Source: Flaccisagitta enflata
Lineage: Eukaryota
DNA length: 64,000 bases
Assembly (NCBI GenBank): GCA_965153355.1
Contig: OZ231126.1
Span: forward strand, 36,518,001-36,582,000
Direction of reading: 5' to 3'
Shown piece by piece: positions 15,157 through 61,297 of the stretch. A program made the position numbers and the translations under genes. The notes beneath the pieces are model-generated. The model worked only from the letters and a program-made list of their open reading frames with translations. It did no database searches and was not told the origin of the DNA. How positions within the stretch are numbered: position 1 is the stretch's first letter; each line of letters opens with the position of its first letter.

Positions 15157-17232
15157 TATGACCAATTTGAGGTCAGCACTCAGCAGCTCAATTTGTTTAA
15201 GGACAAGCTGCATTCTTTTAAAGATGATGCTTCTTTTCGGATCCGCCATTTTCCCTCTCATTTACAATTCAATCTTGAAGTGGAGTTAGGCGTAGCGCGG
15301 GACCACGTCGATGCATATATATCAGGGATGGGCGATCAATCAGGATTTGTCGGTAGAAAAAACAACATCCAAACCTCACGATTGAAAACCTTGATTGCCG
15401 AGAAAAAAAAGAAGAAAAAACAACAACAGCATGAGGACCTGATGATATGCGCAAAGGGGGCGCTTTTGTTTTAATGTTGTTTTTCTTGTGGTTGACTAAA
15501 TCTCTCTTTTCAAAATTTTTTTTCCAAATTAATAAATCACAAATTGGGCGGCAACTCGGCTGCCGTCACACGTCAACCCGGATTAAAGGCAAAGACCAAG
15601 GAGTGAAAGATAACAAAAGTTAATAGGAGAAAGTGAGAGTGTGTGAAGAAACGGATGGAGATTCGGAGTGATACAAGAAAAGCAAAAAAAATGAAGAGAA
15701 ATGAGGACAGAAAAGAAGGAATGCAAGAGAAAGAAAGAAATGGAGAAAGAGAGACAAAAAGAGGGAGCGAAAAAAAGGGAAAAAATAAGGAAAGAAAAAG
15801 AAGAAAAAGTCGGAAAGAACGAAAAGACAACAGCGGCGGTCAGCTCCCTTACTTTCCTAATTGAGACCATTAAACGCGTTACGGTGTATTTCTCCAGATG
15901 TTGATACCAAATTGATTTATTGCCATCAATGACAAAAAGTTACATAAGTAATGGAGAATAGTTATCATTTAATGTGGTCGCCATTTCCCCCCATACTTTA
16001 TTTGCAGGCACGCGACTCTAAGCATTGCATCGGTTGCTTGGTCTGTCCGTCGGTTGTCTGTTCTCAACACTTTTTGGTTTGCGAGGGAATTTTGCAGAAT
16101 AATGCCCTTGCCTATTGCCCAAGCACCTACGGTTAGGGGCCGTGTATTCGACCAGTTTTACTCAGTGAAGGAAGTGATGTTTTTTTAAGTAATACTCAAA
16201 ATAGAATGAAAGAATACAAAAAGATGAAAATAGAAATGACTTCCGTTTTTGCAGAATCGCTTGTGGCCATTTGTAAACATCTGGTATACTATCTGCGCTG
16301 AAAACTCTTTTTAACTTGCCCATTCTATGGCTAAACCCAACCTCACATATCAGAAGACGACCTCACAAATCAGGCCAAGCCAAAGACCGAGGCCTTGGCC
16401 TCATAAAATGAAAATCACAGTCGGCGGTTGGCAAATCATAAAACGCCGCGTGAGTATAATTTAACTTTGCTTTTGGATTGATGCGGCAGTTATGCAATTA
16501 AACTATTAAAGACATGCGGGATCCCGACCAATGGTAATCATGATGCGCTGAGCACGTTGTGATGAAAATATTTGAAACGACTAAAAACTTTTTAATATTC
16601 AATCTAGAAATTTTGTATAAATTCTAGTTCCAAATAAGTTCCGCCATATCCATAAATAAAAAAAAAAACTTTTGTTCCAGAAAACAAAACGATTAACAAG
16701 ATTCCTGCCCAGTTCAATTCAACTTGGGTACTCTTTACTGCCGTTGATATTTTTCTTGGCCTTTAAACATGAGAATATTGACAAAGAAATTTATGAATTA
16801 TCATTGGAGAACGTCTCATCATTTCTTGTTATCCATACCCCTAAATATAAAGGAATTATCTTTTCATATTTGCCGCGCCAAAAAATGGATTTTATGACAA
16901 AGTGTAGCATCTAATTAATGTCCTGGGCGGAAGATTTTCGTGTCAACGCGCGTTTCTAAATGCCCAAGGCTGACTTCAATGGCTCTCTTTAATTTTTCGC
17001 TATTCTTATCAAATGAAAAATATGGGAAAATTGATCTATATATAGAGTGATGGATGTCTTTAGCATACCTTTGGCTTCGCCCTCGCTACAGATCTCTGAT
17101 TGATTGTTTTTTATGTCTTTTTAATCTTTTTTCAACAATCTCCTCTTTTAACAAGTTTCACTGATTTCATGACTGAGTCAACAATCGCAAATCAGTCCCT
17201 GCAAATCAACCGCAAAAATCTCGGCCATTGAA

Positions 17233-17440
17233 TTCATCAACATCTTACAACAAACAAGGCCGGCTACCAAAGTCGCGTGCGGGTGGGCAGGGCAGTGACA
17301 AAAATGGTTGACCAAGTATTATGGCAGGAGCGGTAATGCAAAAACCGCTCATAAATATCGAAAAAGCCATGTGTTACGGACCGATTGAATGACCGACGGA
17401 CTGGTTATAGCTATATAGAGTCGCTTGCACGCGGGTTAAA
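17233..17440 (-). mobile_element. DINE/HINE-like element
   Basis: aacaaggccggctaccaaagtcgcgtgcgggtgggcaggg...gaccga...gtcgcttgcacgcg. Confidence 0.55.
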
Positions 17441-18152
17441 ATGAAATTTAATCACGTTCAAAGAAATGGTCATTCTTCGGAATTTCGGTTTGGTGAGTGT
17501 ATTTTTCTTCTCAGATTGCTCACCGGGTAGGTTTTTTTGGCGTCAAATTACTGTCCGCTTTATCACCCAAAATGGAAGTGCATGATACAAATTGAAAAAA
17601 AAAATGATGTCCATCTAAAGATCGTACGCGCGCGCCCGGCCTCGTAGCCAATGACGCTTAGTTTTCAACGGCTTTGAAACAATTGTGACGAGGCCATTCA
17701 CGAGTCCGCATGACCTCGCACGGGGTTGAGCAAGGTCCATCACACGAAAAAACATGAGTTTAACCGTGAGAATATGTTAATTTGCATTATAGAGTTTTAC
17801 AGTGCAGAAAACGAAACAAGAAATCTGCCTGAATATTCTAAATTCACCTTGGGACTTGTCATAATTCGTGGCAGGAGTACACTTTTCTGACATTTGTATA
17901 CATGGTTAGCACAGAAACTTGATTTCATTCGAAAAGGGACAGTATGATTGCATCACCGTCTTTTCACCGATCAACGTGCATGTGCCATATCATGTGGGGA
18001 GGGGGGGAAGAGACTAGATTGCTTGGGGGTCCTGTGAGGGGAGGGGGCCCAGGTTTATTCGTTAGTGCGATTACCACGATTTGCTTTTGTTAAAAGGTTA
18101 TATTTATTGCTCGACTATTGCTTGACTGGGTTGCTTCTTGTCGTTGTATGAT

Positions 18153-18764
18153 AAATAGTCGCAAAAGCGTTAGATGGTCAGCGGTACCCGTGCCCTGCCA
18201 AAGTAGGTTGTGCTTGAAGTTGAGGGAGGGAGCAGGACAGCGGCCCCGAAGGGGTCGATGACCTATGCTTTCACGCATATGTGGAATTTTCTCCTCCTTC
18301 TCCTCCTCCTTCTCCTCCATCTGAAATTTGGGCCTTGAGGCTGGAATTTGGGTCTTGAGGCTGGGATTTAGGTCTCAAGGCTGGGATTTGGGCCTAGAGG
18401 CTGGGATTTGGGCCTGCAGGCTGGGATTTAGACCTCAAGGCTGAGACTTGGGCTTCGAGGATGAGATTTGGGCATCAAGGATAGGATTTGGGCCTCAAGG
18501 ATAGGATTTGGGCCTTGAGGATAGGATTTGGGCCTTGGGGGTGGGATATGGGCCTCCAGGATAAAATTTGGGCCACAAGGATAAGGTTTGGGCCTAGAGG
18601 ATAGGATATGGGCCTAGTGGATGGGATTTGGGCCTCAAGGCTGGAATTTGGGTCTCAAGGCTAGAATTTGAGTCGGGGGGGGCGGATGGAGGAGAAGGAG
18701 GAGAAAATTCCCCATATGTGTGAAAGCATAGGTCATCGACCCCTTCGGGGCCGCTGCCCAAAAG
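18153..18764 (+). mobile_element. Apparently complete family C non-autonomous element; 'empty' counterpart of the element hosting the 31-39 kb insertion
   Basis: 5' aaatagtcgcaaaagcgttagatggtcagcggtacccg; inverted repeats cagcggccccgaaggggtcgatgacctatgctttcac / gtgaaagcataggtcatcgaccccttcggggccgctg; ~17 tandem 20-bp units (gatttgggcctcaaggctgg-like) between them. Confidence 0.75.
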
Positions 18765-19974
18765 TTGATAAATTGCCAGAAAACAATAATGAAAACAGCT
18801 ATGAGTAAATAAATGTTAACTTAAGTTACAAAATATTCTATGATTATTGATCAAGGCCGAACTAATGTGTCAATTTTGGGGAGAATCTTGAAATGAGTAA
18901 GTTTGAGCATTGACGACCTAAATAAAAAAGAAGCCCAACGAAAATTTCAAAACTTGCAGCAAGCCCATGAATTCACAATAAAAAAATCCTCAATGCGACC
19001 TCGCCAAAACCAAAACAATAAAGTCAAGGTTTGTTCATTTTCAATCATAAAAAATGACGGATAAGACAGACGTAGTCGTCGCTTCAAAGTCGAGGATGAA
19101 AAAAAAAAGAACATCACACAACGGATTGAAAGAGTGATACTTTTCCTGTGATTTGCTTGGCTCATGCATGACATCTGTGATGCGGTTTGAAAAAAAGGCT
19201 CCTGGAGGGAGGTGGCCCACCAAAGTCGAGCCATAAAAACACACAGCCGACCGCGGCATTTTCACATGAACTGAGTGACGGATGCATGAGAACTGACACA
19301 AGATGTCACTAGGAAAACAAGACTATTTGGTGAATTGGCTAAATGGACAAATAACGAAATGGATGGATGGAGGGTAGGATAAATGAACGCATTGAAATAA
19401 CGTGAGTGAATGAAGGAATGGATGAATCATGAATGAATACCTTAAAGTGGTCGGAATAGCAAATCAGCCATTGAAAACGTTGAATGATAATTTCTAGGCC
19501 TTAAATCAATAAGTTGATTTTTTAATAAGCAACGGACACACTCACAACAATATTCACTTGAACACGAAGAGGAACGGACGAACGGACCCCCATTATGAGA
19601 AAATCGGGTAAACAATGAATTGAACAAATGGAGGAATGCAACGAAACGAGAAGGATAAGAAATAAGAGCAAAAAGGAAATAGGCAGGAAAGAAAGAAAGT
19701 AAACAAGGCCAAGTTAAGGCCAATAAGTGCGCCTCGCTTGATTAAGAACTTGTGAATGAACGTTTTTGATGAATGAATGAATGAATGAATGAATGGATGG
19801 ATGGATGAAAATGAATGTGGTAAGGCATGAAAGGTGATAGTAATGAAGAAATACGTCAGAATGAGCCGTTTTGCGCATTTCAAACGTTTGCGTTACCAAC
19901 CGACCGGCCAACCAACCAACGGACATGACCTCTTATAGAAGTGCAAGGACGCACTTAAAAAGAAAGAAAAAATA

Positions 19975-20058
19975 AAAAAGAAAGAAAGAAAGAAAGAAAG
20001 AAAGTAAAAAAGAAGATAGAAAGAAAGTAAGAAAGAAAGAAAGTAAAAAAGAAAGAAA

Positions 20059-20132
<74 letters not shown>

Positions 20133-20266
20133 AACCTAAGAAAGTAAAGAAAGTAAGCAAGTAAGCAAGCATGCAAGTAAGCAAGTGTGCAATCGAGCAT
20201 GCAAGCATGCATGTAAGCATGCAAGCAAGCAAGCAAGCAAGCAAGAAAGCAAGCAAGCAAGCAAAC

Positions 20267-20354
<88 letters not shown>

Positions 20355-20360
20355 AAAAAA
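19975..20360. repeat. (GAAA)n / (GCAA)n microsatellite
   Basis: Direct reading. Confidence 0.9.
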
Positions 20361-21088
20361 GAAAGGAAAAAAGAAAAAAAAGCAACTAAATCAGACCCAA
20401 AACAAGTGGAATGCTTTGCTGCTTAGGAGGTGGGAGAGGTCCGAGGGTCAAAGGCGTCAGGGAAGATCGAGATTTCTCGCTGTTAAAATATGTTCGAAAG
20501 TAAGTGTTAAAAATTCCCCGAATTGCGGAAATCCAGATTGAGTGAAACAATTTTTTGATCTAGGTTGTTATCACAAGGTCTTTTTTCTAAAAATATTCCA
20601 TCAACAGCATTGTTTGAAGTCGCGTGTTACGCGACTTTACACTTTGGTATGTTGATCCGTCGGTCCGTCCGTCCGTCTATCCGTCTGTCCCCTTTTTACT
20701 CTTATGCTCTTGTCGTCTTTGACCTTACTGCTCCTACTTGTGTCTAATTAGACACAGGTAGAAGTCTATAGAGAAATAAAGACAAGTGCTGTCTATCTAT
20801 TCGTGTTTGTCTCTCTGTTTATCTTTTTATCAATCTGTTTTTAAGTGCATTGATAATCAAATTCAGTGCTGAAAGAGAGCCAGGCTTAGCATGCAGATTT
20901 GTCTCATTAACCCCCTTCCTCTTTATCCTGCTTATGGTGTCCGGGGCAGAAAGATCATCTGAGAATGCAAAGAACCAGTGCAAAGGTCAAGCACCATGCT
21001 AAAAGCACAATGATTGTTGCTGAGATATATATATATGTGGATGTGCGATTGCTATAAAGGACATTACTGTTTAGAAAGTACACACATG

Positions 21089-21177
<89 letters not shown>

Positions 21178-21377
21178 GCAAACAAACAAACAAACAAACA
21201 AACAAACACGTTTAAGTCGTCTTTGTCTATCATCCGGTCTAAAGTGGGCCTCCTTAACGTATTTATAAATTCTCCCACGAAGAAATCCAGAATGTTATGG
21301 AAAATTAGAAATCTGTCTTCATGGAATATACACGTCAAAACTTAATCACCGTAAAGGATCAAAGCTCACCTACCCCA

Positions 21378-21383
21378 ACGACG

Positions 21384-21417
<34 letters not shown>

Positions 21418-21680
21418 TTACGATGACGAGAGTTACGATGACGAGAATCTCGACGGCACAAAGGACGACTGACAACGGTAACGACAGGTGACGATGACGG
21501 CGACGAAGACGATAACGACCGGGGACGATGACGACGACGAAGACGATAACGACCGGTGACGATGACGACGACAAAGACGATAACGACCGGTGACGATTAC
21601 GACGACGAAGACGATAACGACAGGTGACGATGACGATGACGAAGACGATAACGACAGGTGACGATGACAGGTGATAAGAC
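21378..21680. repeat. (GAC)n-derived minisatellite with a ~33-36-bp higher-order unit
   Basis: Repeated gtgacgatgacgacgacgaagacgataacgac(c/a)g units at 21480-21670. Confidence 0.7.
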
Positions 21681-22055
21681 GACATCTTCAACGAAACTTC
21701 TCGTAAGACGTGAAGCTCCTCCTTTGCTCGATGAATCACTCCACCCAAGTAGGTCGTCATCCCCAAGGAGACCTCACGTGTATCCCCAAATCAATTTCCA
21801 TTTTCCATCTCATTTACCGCCGAAGGAAATGAAATATGCCATGTATGCCATATATGCCATACATGGCGCTAGTTAATGTGGCATATTTCATCAGTGGAAA
21901 ATGGATGTATAACTCGCTCAACATCACCAACGTACACTAAAAGTCATAGAAATTTCTTGGGAAAAAGTAAAGACCCCCGGGCCCCCGGGATCCAAGTCCA
22001 ACTCAACTCAGCTTTAGTTAATAAGTCAGTTTTGGCATCCGGCCTTTTCCTACTA

Positions 22056-22095
22056 TTCTTCTTCTTCTTCTTCTTCTTCTTCTTCTTCTTCTTCT

Positions 22096-22126
<31 letters not shown>

Positions 22127-22780
22127 TTTCTTCTTCTTCTTCTTCTTCTTCTTCTTCTTCTTCTTCTTCTTCTTCTTCTTCTTCTTCTTCTTCTTCTTCT
22201 TCTTCTTCTTCTTCTTCTTCTTCTTCTTCTTCTTCTTCTTCTTCTTCTTCTTCTCTTTCTTCTTCTTTTTCTTTTTCTTTTTCTTTTTCTTTTTCTTTTT
22301 CTTTTTCTTTTTCTTCTTCTTCTTCTCCTTCTTCTTCTTTTTCTTCTTCTTCTTCTTTTTTGTTTTCGCCTTCCCATATTCCTTGTTCATCGTTAACCTT
22401 TCAATCTTTATTTGTTTTTACCCTCTTCTTTGTCTTCATGTACTTTTTTTCAATAACAACGTTTCCTATCTCTTCTACTTTCTCTTTCCCTTTTCCTCAT
22501 CTCTATTTATTCAATCGTCGTCGTCTTTTTCTTCTTCTTCTTCTTCTTCTTCCTTCTTTTTCTTTTTCTTTTTCTTTTTCTTTTTCTTTTTCTTTTTCTT
22601 TTTCTTTTTCTTTTTCTTTTTCTTCTTCTTTTTCTTTTTCTTCTTTTTCTTCTTCTTACTCGTTTTTTTGTTCTTTTTCTTTTTGTTCTTGTTCTTGTTC
22701 TTGTTCTTGTTCTTGTTCTTCATCTTCTTTACCTTCTTCATCTTCTTCTCTATCTTCTTCTTTCACTTCTTCTTTTCAAT
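22056..22780. repeat. (TTC)n / (TTTTTC)n microsatellite complex
   Basis: Direct reading; source of the poly-F and poly-K ORFs. Confidence 0.9.
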
Positions 22781-23049
22781 CATTTCTCAAAAAGATCCGA
22801 AAATTGAAGCGAAAATGGAAATCTCCCTTTTACGGTCGACGTCGAATCCTCCTCCTCCTCCTCTTCCCCTCCCTCCTCTTCCTTTTTTTCTAGCACCCAT
22901 TCCCCTTCTTCTTTCTTACTCCCAATGATAGTATTCTTTGTTTTCTCCCTTCTCCCATTCCGACACTTTTTTAAGAGATGAGGGAGGGGGGGGGGAGAAG
23001 TAGAAGAAGATCTTTTTTTTCTGTGGTCGGTCATTAATCACAACCAGAT

Positions 23050-23135
<86 letters not shown>

Positions 23136-23853
23136 TTAAAAGTTTAAATGTTCGGATCTCCGATTTGGAAATTCATTTTCGACGCGAAGACAAACTCGAG
23201 AAGCGTCGAAGCTCCGCGATCACAAACGCGGCAGTTCGAACATCTTTAATCATCGACGTCTCTCGTCTCACTTTACAAGGCCGATTGCACGGCCATGAAC
23301 TAGTCGGTTGCGAGTGGGCAGGAGCAGTAGTACTCAAGATTGACTGTTATGAACGATTTCATCTTTAAAAAAACGGACCTGTGAACCGACCGACAGACGG
23401 TCTCACCTTCTTTTAGAGCCGATAGCAGGCGATTAAAGTACGAGAAAATACCGAATTGAAACTCGACGTAAAAAAATTTGCGTTGATTCATGTGTTCATC
23501 TTTTTTACTATTTATAACATACATACTAGACACTTGACAAATAAAAAAAAGCTATTTTATCAAGGGAAAGGTTCGCACTAGAGATGTCAATTGTGTTTTT
23601 TCAAAATTGTAAAAATTGAAAAGAAAAAACAATCCATTCGATTTTTAATTCCTCGTTCTATTTTTGGTGGTCCTTTTTTGTGTATTCTTCACCAGAATAT
23701 TCCGTCGACGTGATCACCTCAAGAACACGTTTTAACTTCTTAGTCTTTTAGTTTCCATCCTGTTACATATTAACGATCAAGGTTATGTAAATTCATCCGG
23801 TGGATCAGGTTGTGTGTCTGTCTGTGTCCGTCTGTGTGTGTGTGTGTGTGTGT

Positions 23854-23958
<105 letters not shown>

Positions 23959-24253
23959 ATCATCATCGTTATTTTATCTGATTGAATGTAATGGCTTTTC
24001 GCGTCGACGTGAAGGATTTTGGGCTTTCTGGGGGAAATTGATTTTTCTCACTCTGTGATTTCCAATTTCTGAGTCAATTTTTTTAAATCTATTTTCTCGA
24101 GAGGACGACTCTGGGAGTCCAAAACTCCAATCTTCGCTCCTCGACAAATCGTGACCAAATAGCTTAAAACCTATTTACATATGAGAGAGGGATGAAGAAA
24201 GCCCGAGCCTCAGGCTGAGGTGCGCGAATGGAAATTAAAAAAAAAAGGAAGAT

Positions 24254-24998
<745 letters not shown>

Positions 24999-27613
24999 GC
25001 CCTCATTTTGACGATTTTCATACCCATGTTCACATGAAATTAGCTAGTACCAACAATTCGTATGAAAGACTATTTCATTTTATTCGCATTTCTTTCCACA
25101 TTGCGCAATCTTGTAAAAATCTTCTCGGTGAAATGGTAACATTGGTCCACATATATGGAGATAATGAATCATGAATGACAATATATTTTTCATTGACATT
25201 TATGACGAGAATGCAAATAAAATACCGTTAGATGATAAAAACAAAAGATATAAAGTATCAATTTGATAAAAGAATGATTTGTTTAAAACATTTTTAGTTG
25301 GACCAATATGAATCGATTTGGGTCACGAAAGCGCAAACATTTCGTGCTTTTATTTCCTCAAAATTGCGGGAATGTCGATAAATGCACGTTTATCTTTAGT
25401 TCAACGCTCTGTCAACCTCGCGTTTTGAAAGTATCATTGTTGACACGCAATGTCAACAATTAAGATATATCCATTTTAAGTACACATTGAATACGGTTGT
25501 TTCTAGCCGGCAAGCGAAGTATAAAAAGATCGAAACGTTTCTAGTTTGACCGTTTGAAATCGTTTCACGTTAATGCGATATGATTCTGCATCCTAAAAAC
25601 TGCATTTAAATCCTACACTTCCAACCTGTGTCGAATGTCTATATTTTCCCCTGTGTACTTACATACGTCGAGGTGCAAACGAAGATCAAATTTCATAAGT
25701 CAAACCAATTTTTTCAATATTGTAAATTTTATCAATTTAGATTTTTTTCATCAAAGAATGTAACTATTATGTGGTATTTATTTTAGTTTTGCATTGAAAA
25801 GCTTTGGTAGATAAAAAAAGAGCGCTGAGAAAATAAAAAGGGGAGAAAACATAAGGGAATTTTAAAAAGAAATCATTTTGCAACATGACTTGTCTTAGGG
25901 AAAATTCTAAGACTCTCTCTGGATGTAAAATTTTGCATTTTTAAAAACATGGCCTCATTCTAAGAACATATGAGATGAAAGCCATGTTGTTAGAAATGCA
26001 AAATTGTTCAATTTGTTTAAGTCTTAGAAATTTCCCCTCACAGGTTTTAAATTTTTGCTCTATCATTTTGAGAGAATCTATCACTTTGAGTGATCATTTC
26101 TTGTCTTTATTAATTAAACGAAGCAATGCCTTTATCATAATAGATTTTTTTTACTAATAAGATAATTTTAAGCAACAAAACTATAAATTTTATTTTAAGA
26201 TTATAATCGGGTCATTGATATAGTTATAGAAAGAGTCTTAAACCGAAACTTGACCTTCGTTTGCACTCCGACATACCCGAGTTTTATGCAATTCTTTGAA
26301 TAACTACTGATAAAAAAGGTACTTGTATCGCCTTTTTTGTCTGTTTTTGTTTTATTCGTCGGTCCATTAGTCTGTTGGTCTGTCGGTCGATCCAATTTGA
26401 TCTCACGAGGATTCCTCACGCAACCAAGGTAGTCGTGTATCCTTTTTGGTCGCGGACACGCAACCCTACACCTTGGTCTGTCGGTCCGTCCGACTCCACC
26501 CCTAATATTTTTGAATTGCGAATGGATTTTGCATCACTGCTCCTGCCCAACCGTCCGCGAATGGATTGCCGTGTATCCGGCCTTTTTTCGGTCAGAGAAC
26601 TCTGCGAAAATGGGAAAAAATCATTCAAAAGATATTCCCTCCAATTTCAATTTCTCTCCTCATTGGAATGGTGGAAAAATTTAATCTTGTTCACACACAA
26701 ACGAAAGGGAAAAAAAGATTTTTTTTCTTTTGTTGTTGCCAAGTTAAATTGTCTTTCCGATTGAAGATTAGTCCGCGCGTCTCTATGTGAGAAAAATTTA
26801 TATTACAATTTGTAACATAATTTGTATAATATAATATAGTTTGTATATATAATATATTTGTAGTATAATTTGTAATTTGTTCTTAATGAGAATTGGTTTC
26901 AACACTGTACCAGAGAAAACAACTTCGCTGCAAACAATTGCAATTACGCTCAGAGGACTCGTCCGTTTTCGTATGCCTCTCACGATTAATTCTATTATGG
27001 GTACAGTTGGTTCCTTTCCAGAATTTCAGTACTTGCACACACATAAAACAAGAATTAGAAAGTAGGGGTGGGACGTGCTTGGGGAGGGGGAGGGGGTGCT
27101 GAACTGGACGTGCTTGAGGGAAAGAGTTGAGTGGATCATTGACTCTGATCATTCGGCCTTTGATTTCCCCAGTGTATCTCGGCATTCACTCAGTATCAAT
27201 TAATTACATCTCAGAATCGGAACCACAAATTAATTGACTTTTAGACTCGTGTCTGTTCTATGCTCCAAATTTATTGCACCAGCTTTCGAAACGGCCATTT
27301 TCTGTTATCCACACAGCTTGTTAATGTATTTGGTTACATTTGTTTGTCCATTTTTCGTCATTTCGTACGTCCACCATGAAAAGGTTTTTTTTTCAAAGTA
27401 GTTGGAGCATGGTTTCAAACTTACCTTTAAAATAACATGTATCTTTAAGCGTGTTCACGCCCGATTTACGTTCCTCCGCTTTGAATGCGATGCTTGTGCG
27501 GCCTTGCTTTTCCAAGTTTCATCGTTTAGATATTCGTCTCTAGACTATACCTGAGACATGAAAAAAAAAAAAGAAAAAGAAAGAGAAAGTGAATGAGTTG
27601 GAGAGAGAGAGAT

Positions 27614-27690
<77 letters not shown>

Positions 27691-28815
27691 AGAGAAAGAG
27701 AAAGAGAAAGAGAGAGAGAGAGAGAACCAGAGAGAAACAGGGAAAAAGACAGACAAACAGAATAATTCGAAGAGAGAGGGAGTTTGAGAAAGAAGATCTG
27801 AGAATGCCTATCACTTCGAAAATAGATATAAAATGAGTCAAACTCTCTTTCAACCCAATTGGTGGCTGTAATTGTGAATGATGGATCACTGATAGAAAAA
27901 AAAAACCACACATAAATCTCATCTTTTTTATTGATGTCATTTATAAACCCGCACCAACTAGCAAACGGGCTAACACCCAGGCCGTATAAACATTGGAGCA
28001 ATCAATGAAAAATCCGCAAAATGTAGAATCAACATGAAAATCGTGGCTACATTTCTCTGCGGATACTTTCTTTTTATTTCAAAGGAATATCTTGTAATTA
28101 CCCAATTTCGGACTCCTCCCTGTTTAGTTTAGTAATCTTGCCTAATGATATTAAAATCCAATAGTTCATCTTTCCCGCGGCATGAGGAAAAAATAGCTTT
28201 TTTTTAAATCTCAAAGTTTTTTTTTTGTATATCTTCACCAATCACCACAACGAAGCTTTTTCTATGTTTTTCTCTTTCAGTGAAACCGACGATATTTAAT
28301 CACTTCCTATATTTTCTCTCTTTTTTTTCAACTTCACGGTCGAAAGCTCTCGCAACGAACGTAGCAACGATCCATGATTTACATGTGATAATCCATTTAG
28401 AAGTATAACATCAGATACTTAAGACTTAAATGACAGAAATGGAAACAAGAACAGTAACAATAATGTTTTCTTCTCATCGGCAATGGGAAAGAGTCAAAAG
28501 TCAATCGTCGATATCATGGCGTGAAAATCTTTGAATCTACTTTACATAACGAAACAACAATCAAAACAATCAAACTTCTCGTCGATAGTGAAACCAATAC
28601 ACTTTCATTTTTATTTTCATCTATTCATTTTGTGCATGTGAAAACCACCAGATCCAAAAAGGAAGAAAAAGAAGTTAGTTACAAAAAAGTGAAGAAAAAA
28701 AAGCCCTCGAGATTACTTTGTGCCTTTTTCTTGTGAACACACATTTTAACATCAATATCCCTCCAAAAAATCTGGGAGTCCTTGCCAAAAAAAAAAAGTT
28801 CAGGAAAAAAAAACT

Positions 28816-59088
<30,273 letters not shown>

Positions 59089-59469
59089 CGATGATGATTT
59101 TCATGAAAAAAAAATCAAATGTGATTATTTTCCTTCTTTTTTTATTTGTTAATAATGATTTTAAAAAAAGGAGGGCGTCTTGTATTTATTGTACGGATCA
59201 ATTCTCAAAGCTCTTTTATTCTTATTTTTGCTATTCTCTTCTACACATGAGCGTAGGCGGAGAGTACTATCCCCCTTATTAGAAAAGAAAAAAAGAAAAA
59301 AGAAAGAAACCGCACGAGTTAGTTAGTCATTGTTCTCAAAACTTTCTCAAGATTCAAGATTTTGAGAAAGTGAGAAAAGAACAAGGCTGGATACACGGAC
59401 CAAGACGGTGCGCCAGCAGGGCCGTATGGCAAAGGGCCGCCAGGACCGCCATGGCGGCCCCTTGTTGGG

Positions 59470-59505
<36 letters not shown>

Positions 59506-60208
59506 CTTTCTTTTACTGATATACACTAAAAAGTATTGTTGTTTATAAAGATAGAGATAAAAAAATCATTAGATTAGTCGGGACACTAAGAAGTTATTGT
59601 GACACAATTGGAGGTGGCGCCCCCAAAATCATAGACTCCCATACAGCGCTGTGCGCCAGCGTTATTAAATCTTAGACCTATCCCTAGCTCTCTCAGAACT
59701 GTTCTAAGCTCTATCAGACCTATCCGTAGACCTAACCGTGGATGAATGTGATGATAAATGTAACGAGTAACATGAATGATGAACGAGATTAGTGTTCACG
59801 TGATTTCACACATTTTCTGCGATTTTCAACTGTAGCGTTACCAATGGACAGAGCTTCTTATAGAGGTGCTATGGCGCACCTAAAAAAGGAAAGAAAAGAC
59901 CTGCCCAAAACATTGTGTTCGTTCGGGTATAACATGACTCGGTGGGAGTTTATCTTTATCAAGTCATCCACATTCAACTCAATTTTCTTAGAAAAACAAT
60001 AACAAACGAGTTCAATAAAATAAAAGAGCCGCGGTTTTCAATTTGGGAGGACTTCTCCCTGCCCTTTGGCGGTTTGTGGGCAACATTGGGAAGATCAATT
60101 CACATCCATCCTCCATGAAAAGTCCTCATGAATCCAGTCTTACTGAAAATGTTTGCGGTTTTGTTGCGGCGCCAAATGTGAAACAAATTAATACTCCCAA
60201 ATGTGTGC

Positions 60209-60311
<103 letters not shown>

Positions 60312-60673
60312 AGCAAAGGAATAAATTAGAGGTAGATAGACAGATAGACAGATGGATTGAAGAGATACAGATACGAGAGTAAAGGCTGTGTCTATGCGGC
60401 TTTGAATTTCAATTTCAGGAGTGAATGAGAAACTTAAGCTACAAATGCAAGATCGGATTTTTGAGTAAAGAGAAAATGAGATCCAATTCTAATACTGATC
60501 CTCGTTTGTGTATATTCGCCATAAGCACTCAATATGTTGTACCAGAACAGATAAGATCAAGTGGGATCAAAGGAATTTAAAATTCAAACTTTTAAGATGA
60601 AACATATAAACATGAAAATAAGAAATAAGAGACTCAATCCCGTTGATTTTTTTTCTCAGTTATTTTCTTTCCT

Positions 60674-60709
<36 letters not shown>

Positions 60710-60829
60710 TCCTTCGTTTCTTTTTTTTTCCTCGCTCCCTTATGTCTATTTCACTATTCTTTTTATTCCTGTCTGTCTTTCCTTCGATCTGTCGATGACT
60801 GTCAAACTCTGTCTCTCTCTGTCTCTCTG

Positions 60830-60868
<39 letters not shown>

Positions 60869-61297
60869 CATGATAAGTAAGAAGAGCCTCCCGCGCCCCT
60901 TTTCCTTGAGCTTTTCTCACGGTTTACTCTCTCCAGATTCCGGTTCGTAACATCGCTTCCCTTCTTAGGTGCGTATGTGATTAGGACGGATGTGCGATGA
61001 TTTGTACGAATAATGATATTTGTTGCTTCCTAGAAACTTTATCGGCCAAAAATACGACGAGAAAAACGAATTACTGCCCGATTCATATCGCTCCTTTATG
61101 AGGTCAGAGTATTAGTGTTCCACTAGAAACCTTAGTGAGTTAAGCACTATAGCCCCGAAGCGGCCTCTTCGCTCGACTATTTCGTCACTTAAAAAAGATG
61201 TCAACAATAACTAACCGAACAGCAGATAGCCATTTCAGTCCCAATACCGATAACGATCGCACGATCAAGAAAGGATTACGGAAATTAAAGCTGCAAA

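Noticed and set aside
21359-21766. 135-aa minus-strand ORF with repeated VIVFVV/RYRLRRR
   Set aside because: Product of a (GAC)n-derived minisatellite; no splice or domain support.
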